Below, piece by piece: positions 48,944 through 58,197 of a stretch of 64,000 nt of DNA. Below the pieces are notes generated by a model. That model was not told the origin of the DNA. It did not search any database and was given only the letters and a program-made list of their open reading frames with translations. A program made the translations under genes and the position numbers. Source of the DNA: an uncultured Methanosarcinales archaeon (GTDB lineage Archaea; Nanobdellota; Nanobdellia; Woesearchaeales; CAZOXR01); assembly GCA_964566535.1 (NCBI GenBank), contig CAZMIO010000002.1:136905-200904 (forward strand), read 5' to 3'. How positions within the stretch are numbered: position 1 is the first letter of the stretch; each line of letters opens with the position of its first letter.

Positions 48944-50659
48944 ATGAATGGCGCAAAAACAATTGTTGAAACATTAATCAAACAGGATGTAGATGTAACC
49001 TTCGGATTCCCCGGAGGGTCAGTCATACCACTTTATGATGCTTTCCTAGATTACAAGAGTAAAATAAGAAATATATTGGTTAGGCATGAACAAGGAGCAG
49101 CTCATGCAGCACAAGGGTATGCAAGGGCATCTGGAAAACCCGGTGTATGTATTGCAACCTCTGGGCCTGGAGCAACCAACTTAGTTACAGGAATAATGGA
49201 CGCATATATGGACTCAACACCAATAATTGCATTTGGCGGACAAGTACCAACAGGATTAATTGGAAATGATGCCTTCCAAGAAGCAGATATGATGGGCATT
49301 ACCTTACCAATAACAAAACATAATTTCCAGGTCAGAACCCCTAATCAAATGGCTCCAGTCATTATGAAAGCCTTCAAAATAGCTCAAGAAGGAAGACCAG
49401 GACCCATCTACATAGACTTACCTAAAGATACTCAGACTAAAGAAGTAACTAAACCAATTCCAAAAGAAGTCGAGATTGCTGGATTTCAACCAACTCTTTT
49501 GCCAAATCCATTACAAATAAGAAAAGCAGCAGAAGCAATCTCAAAAGCAGAAAGACCATTATTCGTTATTGGTCAAGGTGTTATCCTATCAGACGCTTCA
49601 AAAGAACTTCATGAACTTATTGACATAACAAAGATCCCAGTAACCACAACATTCATGGCTAAAGGAGCTTTTGATGAATACCATCCATTAAGCTTAGGAA
49701 CAGTAGGTATGCATGGAAGAAAAGTTGCAAACTATGCTACTGTAAACGCAGACCTATTGATTGTAATCGGTTGTAGATTCAGCGACAGAATCACTGGAAA
49801 CTTAAAGACATATGCAGAGAATGCAAAAGTTATCCATGCAGACATAGATCCAGCAGAAATTGGAAAAAATGTAAAAGTAGATATCCCAATAGTAGGAGAT
49901 GCAAAAAATATAATCAAAGACTTAACATCAACAATCAAAAAATTAACATACCAAGAAAAAACTAGTTGGACAAACAAAATCAAACACAATAAAAAAACAT
50001 GTGATGACTGTGTCCCAACACCCAAATCAAACAAACTACATCCAAAAACAGTAATGCTTGAAATTAACAAGATACTAAAACCCGAGGATATAGTTGCTAC
50101 AGGAGTTGGTCAGCACCAAATGTTTGCAGGCCACTTCCTAAAATTCTCAAAACCAAGAACGTTCATAAGTTCAGGAGGAGCAGGAACAATGGGCTTTGGT
50201 TTCCCAGCTGCAATTGGAGCAAAAATTGCAAAACCAAATTCAAACGTCTTCCTAGTAGATGGAGATGGTTCATTCCAAATGACAATTCAGGAATTAGGCA
50301 CAGTAAAAGAAGCAGACATCAAAATAATCATCATCATCATAAACAACTCATACCTGGGTATGGTAAGACAGTGGTTAGAATTATTTTCAGACAAAAGATA
50401 TTCAGAAGTTTACTTAGGCAATACCCCTGACTTCATAAAAGTTGCAGAAGCATACGGACTTAAAGGAATAAGGGTTACAAAAGAAGCAGAAATACAAGAT
50501 GCTTTCAAACAAGCAATAAAAAATGATGTTACGACAATCATAGACATTCAAGTAGAAGAAGAATCAAACATCTTACCTATGCTTCCACCAGGTGGCAACG
50601 TAAAAGATGCTTTTGGAGGCTGTATGGTCGGACCTGGAAAATTTTTCGAGGATGATTAA
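48944..50659 (+). CDS. ilvB: acetolactate synthase large subunit
   Basis: 571 aa. ThDP-enzyme motifs (GDGSFQM), FAD-binding region. GGTGA Shine-Dalgarno-like motif upstream. Confidence 0.9.
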   Translation: MNGAKTIVETLIKQDVDVTFGFPGGSVIPLYDAFLDYKSKIRNILVRHEQGAAHAAQGYARASGKPGVCIATSGPGATNLVTGIMDAYMDSTPIIAFGGQVPTGLIGNDAFQEADMMGITLPITKHNFQVRTPNQMAPVIMKAFKIAQEGRPGPIYIDLPKDTQTKEVTKPIPKEVEIAGFQPTLLPNPLQIRKAAEAISKAERPLFVIGQGVILSDASKELHELIDITKIPVTTTFMAKGAFDEYHPLSLGTVGMHGRKVANYATVNADLLIVIGCRFSDRITGNLKTYAENAKVIHADIDPAEIGKNVKVDIPIVGDAKNIIKDLTSTIKKLTYQEKTSWTNKIKHNKKTCDDCVPTPKSNKLHPKTVMLEINKILKPEDIVATGVGQHQMFAGHFLKFSKPRTFISSGGAGTMGFGFPAAIGAKIAKPNSNVFLVDGDGSFQMTIQELGTVKEADIKIIIIIINNSYLGMVRQWLELFSDKRYSEVYLGNTPDFIKVAEAYGLKGIRVTKEAEIQDAFKQAIKNDVTTIIDIQVEEESNILPMLPPGGNVKDAFGGCMVGPGKFFEDD

Positions 50660-50661
50660 AT

Positions 50662-51150
50662 ATGACAAAAGAAAAGATTCATGTAATCTCAATGTTAGTT
50701 GAAGACCAACCAGGAGTACTTACAAGAATTGCTGGATTGTTTGCAAGAAGGGGATACAACATTAGTACAATAACAGTAGGTAAAACGGCAAAGAAAGGAG
50801 TCTCAAAGATGGTCATAACAGTCAAAGGGGACACAGAAACACTAGAACAGGTTGAAAAACAAGTAAACAAACTAGTAGACACAATCAAAGTTAGTGAAAT
50901 GCGTGAGACTAGTTCAGTCATCAGAGAACTATGCTTACTAAAAATAAGCATCACCGATAAAAAAGCAAAAGAAGAAGTCTTACGCTATACTAAAATTTAT
51001 AAAACTAAGATAGTCGACATAACTCAAAAAGCAGTAACAGCTGAATTGATAGGGGCCCCAGCTAAAATTGATGCATTCATAGACTTAATGAAACAATTTG
51101 GGATAAAAGAAATATCAAGAACAGGGGTTACTGCAATTTCAAGAGGATGA
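50662..51150 (+). CDS. ilvN: acetolactate synthase small (regulatory) subunit
   Basis: 162 aa. ACT domain (ISMLVEDQPGVLTRIAGLFARRGYNI). Starts 3 nt after ilvB. Confidence 0.85.
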   Translation: MTKEKIHVISMLVEDQPGVLTRIAGLFARRGYNISTITVGKTAKKGVSKMVITVKGDTETLEQVEKQVNKLVDTIKVSEMRETSSVIRELCLLKISITDKKAKEEVLRYTKIYKTKIVDITQKAVTAELIGAPAKIDAFIDLMKQFGIKEISRTGVTAISRG

Positions 51151-51168
51151 TTAACAAACCAAACTAAA

Positions 51169-52434
51169 ATGCCATCAACAATAACTGAAAAAATACTTGC
51201 ACGCCACTGTGGAAAAACCCAAGTTAAACCATGGGAATTAATTAACGCAGACATAGATGTAGTCCTATGCCACGACGTTACAACCCCTCCTGCAATTGAC
51301 ATGTTAAATAAAAGAAACATAAAAAAAGTCTTCGATCCAGAAAAAGTAGTTGTTACTCCAGATCATTTCGTTCCAAACAAAGACATAGAATCAGCAGAAC
51401 TAGCAAAAAGATTAAGAGAATGGGTACACTCTAACAAAATAAAAAACTATTACAAGATAGGCAACCATGGTGTTTGTCACGCAATACTTCCTGAACAAGG
51501 CCATGTTACCCCAAGTAGCCTAATCATAGGAGCAGACTCACATACTTGCACTTATGGAGCACTAGGTGCATTCTCGACAGGTGTTGGCTCAACAGACTTA
51601 GCAGCAGCATTAGCAACTGGGAAGCTTTGGTTTAAAGTCCCAGAAACAATAAAATTCATCATCAACGGAAAACTACCCAAAGGGGTCTACTCAAAAGATA
51701 TTATCTTACATATAATCTCAGACATCGGAGTAGATGGAGCTTTATACAAAGCAATGGAATTTACAGGAAGTACAATTGATGAACTTTCAATAGAAGCAAG
51801 AATGACCATAACAAATATGGCAATAGAAGCAGGAGCAAAATCAGGGATAATGCAAGCAGATGACAAAGTAAAAGCTTACCTAAAAGAAAAAACAAGCAAA
51901 AAGTTTGAAATAGTAAAATCAGACAAAGACGCTACCTACTTAGAAACAAAAGAATATGATATTTCAAACTTAGAACCAATCGTAACCGTACCAAATCTAC
52001 CAAGCAATGGAAAATTCATTTCAGAATTAAAGAAAGGCATCAAAGTAGATCAAGCTTACTTAGGTAGCTGCACAAATGGACGTATAGAAGACCTAAGAGT
52101 TGCAGCAGACATCCTAAAAGGAAAGAAAATAGCAGAAAATACAAGAATGATAGTAGTTCCAGCAACAACAGACATCTGGAAACAAGCAAACAAAGAAGGC
52201 TTACTAGACATTTTCATGGAATTTGGTGCAACAGTATCAACTCCAACTTGTGGAGCATGCTTAGGAGGCCATATGGGGATCCTAGCAGAAGGAGAAATAT
52301 GTATCTCCTCAACTAACAGAAACTTCACAGGCCGTATGGGCCATCCAAAATCAGAAGTTTACTTAGCAAGCCCAGCAACAGTAGCAGCATCAGCCATAGA
52401 AGGCAAGATAGCAGATCCAAGGAGATACTTATAA
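51169..52434 (+). CDS. leuC: 3-isopropylmalate dehydratase large subunit (archaeal type)
   Basis: 421 aa. Aconitase-family cluster ligands (GSCTNGR, TCGACLG). In operon with leuA and leuD. Confidence 0.85.
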   Translation: MPSTITEKILARHCGKTQVKPWELINADIDVVLCHDVTTPPAIDMLNKRNIKKVFDPEKVVVTPDHFVPNKDIESAELAKRLREWVHSNKIKNYYKIGNHGVCHAILPEQGHVTPSSLIIGADSHTCTYGALGAFSTGVGSTDLAAALATGKLWFKVPETIKFIINGKLPKGVYSKDIILHIISDIGVDGALYKAMEFTGSTIDELSIEARMTITNMAIEAGAKSGIMQADDKVKAYLKEKTSKKFEIVKSDKDATYLETKEYDISNLEPIVTVPNLPSNGKFISELKKGIKVDQAYLGSCTNGRIEDLRVAADILKGKKIAENTRMIVVPATTDIWKQANKEGLLDIFMEFGATVSTPTCGACLGGHMGILAEGEICISSTNRNFTGRMGHPKSEVYLASPATVAASAIEGKIADPRRYL

Positions 52435-52439
52435 TCAAA

Positions 52440-52919
52440 ATGAAAGGCCACACCCACATCTACAAAAAAGACTACATCAACACAGATGAAATAATTCCAG
52501 CTAGATACCTCAATATCGACAAAGAAGAAGAACTAGCTAAACATGCAATGGAAGATCTAGATGAATGTTTTGTAAAAAACGTAAAAAAAGGAGACTTCAT
52601 AGTAGCAGGAGAAAACTTTGGTTGTGGAAGTTCAAGAGAACATGCAGTTTGGGCCCTAAGAGGAGCAGGAGTAAAAGCTATTATTGCAGATTCATTTGCA
52701 AGAATCTTCTTCAGAAACTGCATAAACAACGGTTTCTATGCGATAGAGTGCAAAGACCTAAAAAACAAAATAAAAGATGGAGATGAATTAGAGATAGACA
52801 TAGAACAAGGAACCATAACTAACTTATCAGACAAAAAACAATATAAATTCGCACCATTTCCTCAGTTTGCTATAGACATAATCAACGCTGGCGGACTTTT
52901 AAATTATATAGAAAAATAA
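52440..52919 (+). CDS. leuD: 3-isopropylmalate dehydratase small subunit
   Basis: 159 aa. Swivel-domain motif GENFGCGSSREHA. Confidence 0.85.
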   Translation: MKGHTHIYKKDYINTDEIIPARYLNIDKEEELAKHAMEDLDECFVKNVKKGDFIVAGENFGCGSSREHAVWALRGAGVKAIIADSFARIFFRNCINNGFYAIECKDLKNKIKDGDELEIDIEQGTITNLSDKKQYKFAPFPQFAIDIINAGGLLNYIEK

Positions 52920-54950
52920 TTATTTAGCAACCGCAATATCTCTTGTCTGAAGTGTCCATATCTTCTTTTTCCTTATGCAGAATTCAATATCTTGAGGAAC
53001 TCCTCTCTTCTTCTGCTCAATAAAGCGCGAAGTATTAACAACGCCCATCAGTAATCCACCCAATTCATGCTCTAGTGGCCCGCTAATATGCTGTACTTCA
53101 AGATTCCTCTTATCTATAACAAAAATAGTAGGAGTCTTTCTGCCAGAAACAAGTTCCTCACCATGGCCCTTCACCACCTCAACCTTCATATGGTCACGAG
53201 AAGGCTCAATTGTTCTCTTCCTCCTTTGGCCCCCTTCAATCTTTGTATAATTAAACTTCTCAGTGATAACCGTATACACAACACCAGAGTAATCAGCATA
53301 GATCATATTCTGCACAACAACAGCCATTTTAGCTTTCTGTTCATCAATACCTAACTTGCTCCTATGATATACTGCTCTATGGGAATACAACGAAGCCCAG
53401 CACCGTTTCAAATTAGTCGTTATCAATTTCATCCCTCTTCTAAATAAATAAGTGCTGTGCAATCCTGCAAAAGTTGACTCTTCGGTATCCTCAGTTGTTG
53501 CTGAACTCCTAATAGAAACATGCCCAGAACCAATCCCTTTGTATGCTTTCCTTATCTGAGCTGTAACTTCATCCGGAATCTTTACTCTCTGAAATATTTC
53601 TTCAATCTCTTCCTCAGACATTTTACCAATATCGACTAATTTCTCAGTCAAGTACTCATAATTCTTAAGGATTACATAGATGTAAGCATCTACAGTTATT
53701 GTAAAGCCATTAGGAACCGAAATCTGACCCATCCTCATTAACCTATAAAGATTAATAGCTTTTCCACCAACCTTTTCAATATTCGAACTCTTAGAAAGCG
53801 GCAGCACAAAAACCTTAGCATCCCTATAAGCTTCAAGATCTTGAAGCGGGAAAAGACCCCTAAATGACAGAACTCCTTGGTCCGGAGTCCCACCACCTTC
53901 TCTTCGAGATTCCCCATCTTTTGCAACAATCTCATGATATTCTGCTTCAGTTATCTTCCTAACATGCCCTTCATCCGCATCAAGATACATATAATCCCCA
54001 GTATCAAAATCCTTGAGAATGGAATTTCTCCCTACAATACAAGGAATCTTATGCTCTCTTGCAATCATTGCAGCATGAGACGTAGACCCTCCTTTTTGAG
54101 TGATTATTCCACTAGATTTCATCATAGCAGCATTGATTTCAGGAGTTGGATTTTCAGCAATAAGTATCTCTCCCTGTCTAAAATCAGAAACATTTTTTGA
54201 ACTAACTTTTCTAACCCTACCCCACGCCTTACCATTATACACAATAATCCCTTCTCCTCCAGTTAAATAACCCATGACAAACGCAGAAACCTCTCCTAAA
54301 ACATAGATACTCCCTTCCTTGTAGTATTGTGCTACAATATTCTCCACTTCAAATTCCTTATCATCCGTCTCTGGTAATTTGTCTTCTAATCTCAACCTTA
54401 ATTCCATAATCACTGCCTCAGAATACATTTCAATCCCTCTTTCTATAGAGTTCATTGCTTGAACCAAAAGTTGCATATTACCCTGAGAATCGCCCTTACC
54501 TTTATAGTAAAGATACTCTTTTAATAAAACAAGCGCCCTTTGAAAACCAGTCTCAACCTTAGGCCCTACTCTCTGCCTTAGCTTTTGAGCAACCCTTTTC
54601 CCTTTTTTATCAATATACTCTCCAGCCTCATTTTTAATAAACCGTTTAAATGCACCCATATGACTTGCCACAACACTAGTTAGAATCTGTTGCAAATAAA
54701 CTACATACTTCATCAATTCAGCAACTGTCATTATTTGTGGATGTTTTGCTGGATCTAGCTGAGCATTAACAAAACCATACGATAGATGCTCCTGAGATTC
54801 TAAAAATGTATCAAATTGCTGAAGCTCATCTCCAAACCGAATTGTATCTCCATCAGTTGACGGAGAAACCCTGGCTATTACTAAATGTAACCTTCTACGA
54901 ACATCGCCCAAACCCACCATCAACCATCTAACAAAACATATATAAACCAT
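52920..54950 (-). CDS. PEP-utilizing enzyme family protein with permuted domain order (phosphohistidine swivel domain preceding PPDK_N-type nucleotide-binding domain)
   Basis: 676 aa. [21 protein letters not shown] (mobile His domain) at about residue 300. PPDK_N/PpsA N-domain motifs ([57 protein letters not shown]) occupy the C-terminal about 280 aa. The first 250 aa are unassigned. The ATG at 54950 is only 20 bp from the divergent leuB start, so the true start may be an internal Met. Confidence 0.7.
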   Translation of the reverse strand: MVYICFVRWLMVGLGDVRRRLHLVIARVSPSTDGDTIRFGDELQQFDTFLESQEHLSYGFVNAQLDPAKHPQIMTVAELMKYVVYLQQILTSVVASHMGAFKRFIKNEAGEYIDKKGKRVAQKLRQRVGPKVETGFQRALVLLKEYLYYKGKGDSQGNMQLLVQAMNSIERGIEMYSEAVIMELRLRLEDKLPETDDKEFEVENIVAQYYKEGSIYVLGEVSAFVMGYLTGGEGIIVYNGKAWGRVRKVSSKNVSDFRQGEILIAENPTPEINAAMMKSSGIITQKGGSTSHAAMIAREHKIPCIVGRNSILKDFDTGDYMYLDADEGHVRKITEAEYHEIVAKDGESRREGGGTPDQGVLSFRGLFPLQDLEAYRDAKVFVLPLSKSSNIEKVGGKAINLYRLMRMGQISVPNGFTITVDAYIYVILKNYEYLTEKLVDIGKMSEEEIEEIFQRVKIPDEVTAQIRKAYKGIGSGHVSIRSSATTEDTEESTFAGLHSTYLFRRGMKLITTNLKRCWASLYSHRAVYHRSKLGIDEQKAKMAVVVQNMIYADYSGVVYTVITEKFNYTKIEGGQRRKRTIEPSRDHMKVEVVKGHGEELVSGRKTPTIFVIDKRNLEVQHISGPLEHELGGLLMGVVNTSRFIEQKKRGVPQDIEFCIRKKKIWTLQTRDIAVAK

Positions 54951-54970
54951 TCTTAATTAACATAATTATC

Positions 54971-56098
54971 ATGAAATCCTACAAAATCGCATTGATGCCA
55001 GGAGACGGAATAGGACCTGAAATAATCAGAGAAGGAGTTAAAGTACTAGATAAAACAGCAGACTTAAACAACTTCAACATCAACTGGGTAAACTATGATA
55101 ACGGAGCAGAAAAATACCTTAAAACAAAAGAACTTATCACAGAAGACACTCTAAAAGAAATTAAAAACAGCTGCAAAGCAATCTACTTAGGTGCATTAGG
55201 AGACCCAAGATGCAAACCAGGAATATTAGAAAAAGGTATTCTATTAAAAACAAGATTCTACTTTGACCAATACATTAACCTAAGACCTATCAAACTATTA
55301 GAAGGAGTTTGGTGCCCATTGAAAGATAAAACACCAAAAGACATAGACTTCACAGTTGTCAGAGAAAATACTGAAGACTTCTATGTGGGAATTGGAAACA
55401 GAGCAAAGATTGGAAAATCAAAACAAGAATTAGAAGTTATCAGATCCCTTTATGAAGTAAAGTTCAATCTAGACATAGAAACACAAAACTCCGAAATAGC
55501 TTACCAAATTGGAGTTCTAAGCCAAAAAGGATCCAAGCGTGTCATAGAATATGCTTTTGAACTAGCAAAAAAACAGGGAAAAACAAAAGTTACAGCAGTT
55601 GACAAAGCAAATGTACTAAACAACATTTACAACTTTTGGAGAGAAATAGTAGAGCAAACCTCAAAAAAATATCCTAATATCAATCACGAATTCAATTATG
55701 TAGATGCAATAACAATGTGGTTTGTTAAAAATCCAGAATGGTTTGAAGTTGTTGTAACTCCAAATATGTTTGGCGACATAATAACTGACTTAGGAGCAAT
55801 GATACAAGGCGGATTAGGATTAGCACCAGGCGGAAACATCAACCCAAAAGGAATCTCAATGTTCGAACCTATTCACGGCTCAGCCCCAAAATATAAAGAT
55901 AAAAACGTTGCAAACCCATTAGCAACAATCTGGGCAGGAGCAATGATGTTAGATGAAATTGGCCAAAAAAAAGCAGCTGAGCAAATTGTAAACTCAATCC
56001 AATCAGTAATTAAGCAGGGAAAAGTAAAAACAAAAGACTTAGGTGGAAAAAATACATGCTCAGACATGGGAGATGCAGTATCATCTAACTTAAAATGA
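54971..56098 (+). CDS. leuB: 3-isopropylmalate dehydrogenase
   Basis: 375 aa. N-terminal [15 protein letters not shown] and isocitrate/isopropylmalate dehydrogenase signature [12 protein letters not shown]. Confidence 0.85.
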   Translation: MKSYKIALMPGDGIGPEIIREGVKVLDKTADLNNFNINWVNYDNGAEKYLKTKELITEDTLKEIKNSCKAIYLGALGDPRCKPGILEKGILLKTRFYFDQYINLRPIKLLEGVWCPLKDKTPKDIDFTVVRENTEDFYVGIGNRAKIGKSKQELEVIRSLYEVKFNLDIETQNSEIAYQIGVLSQKGSKRVIEYAFELAKKQGKTKVTAVDKANVLNNIYNFWREIVEQTSKKYPNINHEFNYVDAITMWFVKNPEWFEVVVTPNMFGDIITDLGAMIQGGLGLAPGGNINPKGISMFEPIHGSAPKYKDKNVANPLATIWAGAMMLDEIGQKKAAEQIVNSIQSVIKQGKVKTKDLGGKNTCSDMGDAVSSNLK

Positions 56099-56181
56099 TT
56101 CAAACAGCAACATAATTAAAGTTAATTTTATAAATACTCTCACATTCCTAAACACAATTAATTAACAGGAGGAAATAAAAA

Positions 56182-57183
56182 ATGGTAAACATATTACATG
56201 ATAAAGATGCTGACGAAAAAGCATTAGAAGGAAAAACAGTTGCAGTTATTGGATATGGTAGCCAGGGTTCTGCTCAGGCAATAATGATGAAAGAATCAGG
56301 AGTTAATGTTATTGTAGGAGAAACCGAAAAATTAGGAGACAACCCAAATCAAAGCTGGAGCAAAGCAAAGGAAGATGGATTTGAAGTTATGACAATTTCA
56401 GAAGCCTCAGAAAAAGCAGACATTATCCACATGCTGTTACCAGACGAATTCCATGCACCAGTTTACAAAGAACATATTGAACAGCACATGAAAGCAGGAA
56501 AAGTCCTTTCATGCAGTCATGGATTTAACATAGTCTACAAACAAATCCTCCCCTCAAAAGACATTGATGTTATAATGGTTGCCCCAAAAGCACCCGCTAC
56601 TGAGGAACTAAAAGCTTACAAAGCAGGATTTGGAGTTCCAGGTTTAGTAGCAGTACAACAAGATGCAAGCGGAAAAGCAAAAGACATTGCATTAGCAATG
56701 GCAAAATCAATGAGATTCACAAAAGCAGGAGTCTTAGAATGTACTTTCGAACAAGAAACTTACGAAGACCTTTTCGGAGAACAAAACGTTCTTTGTGGTG
56801 GTTGTGTTGACATCGTAAAATACGGATTTGAAGTATTAGTTGAAGCTGGATATCCTCCAGAAATGGCCTACTTCGAATGTATGCATGAATTAAAGCTAAT
56901 TGTAGACTTAATGTTTGAAGGGGGTATTCAAAAGATGAATGCAGTTATCTCAAACACTGCAGAATTCGGAGAATACTACAACGGACCAAAGATAATTGAC
57001 CCAAGCGTCAAAGAAAGGATGAAAGAATCTCTAAAGAGAATCGAAGATGGAACTTTTGCCAAAGACTGGCTTGAAGAGTCCAGAAAAGGAGCTCCAAACC
57101 TATTAGCAAAAAGAAAAGCTCTTGGAGAACATCCAATAGAGATAGTTGGGAAGAGAATCAGAGAAATGTTCGAAAAGAAATAA
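56182..57183 (+). CDS. ilvC: ketol-acid reductoisomerase
   Basis: 333 aa. NADPH-binding GYGSQG and KARI catalytic-domain motifs. AGGAGG Shine-Dalgarno at 56167-56172. Confidence 0.9.
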   Translation: MVNILHDKDADEKALEGKTVAVIGYGSQGSAQAIMMKESGVNVIVGETEKLGDNPNQSWSKAKEDGFEVMTISEASEKADIIHMLLPDEFHAPVYKEHIEQHMKAGKVLSCSHGFNIVYKQILPSKDIDVIMVAPKAPATEELKAYKAGFGVPGLVAVQQDASGKAKDIALAMAKSMRFTKAGVLECTFEQETYEDLFGEQNVLCGGCVDIVKYGFEVLVEAGYPPEMAYFECMHELKLIVDLMFEGGIQKMNAVISNTAEFGEYYNGPKIIDPSVKERMKESLKRIEDGTFAKDWLEESRKGAPNLLAKRKALGEHPIEIVGKRIREMFEKK

Positions 57184-57196
57184 TTTTTTATTTTGT

Positions 57197-57333
57197 CAAG
57201 AACCGCCAATCAAAGATAGATGGAATATAACAAATTATTGCTACGCCTGTTGGTTCTTGAGCATGCTCAGAATTTTCCTGAAGCCCACATTGGATGTTGA
57301 ATCACTAATCAGAGACCAGATGGAAAATTCTGA
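57197..57333. promoter_or_regulatory. nested inverted repeats including palindrome TGAGCATGCTCA between convergent genes (terminator or structured RNA)
   Basis: Seen directly. CAAGAACC (57197-57204) pairs with GGTTCTTG (57251-57258). TGAGCATGCTCA at 57258-57269. TCAGAATTTTCC (57267-57278) pairs with GGAAAATTCTGA (57322-57333). Oligo-T tract at 57184-57195 directly after the ilvC stop. Confidence 0.35.
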
Positions 57334-57337
57334 CATT

Positions 57338-58108
57338 TTATCTTATTCTAACCAAATCAGAAGCCTTCTCTTTGCAAGAAACAAAAACATCAGGATCAAT
57401 ATCTTTTCTTTCATTTAACAACCCAAAAGCCCTAAGCGCAAGCTCAGGAGTATTATTATTCTGGCTAAGGTGAGAAAGCAATATGCTCTGTAATCTCTTA
57501 GATCCACAGCTCAACACCAATAAAGCAGCCTCATAATTAGAGATATGCCCATACTTAGAAGCTATCCTCTTCTTAAGGTAAGCTGGATATCCTCCATTCT
57601 TCAACATATTAATGTCATGATTAGACTCAAGTATCAAAGAATCACACTGAGAAATATTTGAAACTACATTCTTGCATGCATATCCAATATCTGTTATCAC
57701 CCCTAGCCTCTTCCCACCAGCCTCCAAACAATAAGAAACAGGATCAAAAGCATCATGAGACTTAGAAAACGCCTGAACATGAATCCCATTAACATTCACC
57801 AACTCATCATTCTTTATAGTATGGATCAAACCCTTCTCCCTACATATCAAAGCAGCATCTGCAGTCTTCTTAGTCAGAAAAACAGGAATCTCATGCCTAG
57901 AAGCTAGAACATCTACCCCTCGTATATGATCAGTATGTTCGTGAGTAACAAATATCCCCCTAATCTTATCAATCGACTCACCGATAGAATCAAGCCTTTC
58001 AGTCACTTGCTTCGCAGATATCCCACAGTCTACCAAAACAGCCGTACCACCTTTTTTTACATAAAAACAGTTCCCAGAGGAACCTGATGCTAATGCACAA
58101 AATTCCAA
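57338..58108 (-). CDS. MBL-fold metallo-hydrolase
   Basis: 256 aa, TTG start in this frame with no upstream in-frame ATG. HxHxDH motif (VTHEHTDHIRG) and downstream His/Asp ligands. Confidence 0.8.
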   Translation of the reverse strand: MEFCALASGSSGNCFYVKKGGTAVLVDCGISAKQVTERLDSIGESIDKIRGIFVTHEHTDHIRGVDVLASRHEIPVFLTKKTADAALICREKGLIHTIKNDELVNVNGIHVQAFSKSHDAFDPVSYCLEAGGKRLGVITDIGYACKNVVSNISQCDSLILESNHDINMLKNGGYPAYLKKRIASKYGHISNYEAALLVLSCGSKRLQSILLSHLSQNNNTPELALRAFGLLNERKDIDPDVFVSCKEKASDLVRIR

Positions 58109-58197
58109 TTTAATAAAAAAGAATTAGAACTTACTTTTAATCTTTATTGTTATCAAATATATAGTTAATCTTTATTCTTTTTCCTCAACCATCAAAA

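Noticed and set aside
57146-57418. 90-aa plus-strand ORF spanning the ilvC/MBL intergenic region
   Set aside because: Starts inside ilvC out of frame, crosses the inverted-repeat-rich terminator region and the 3' end of the convergent MBL gene. No support.
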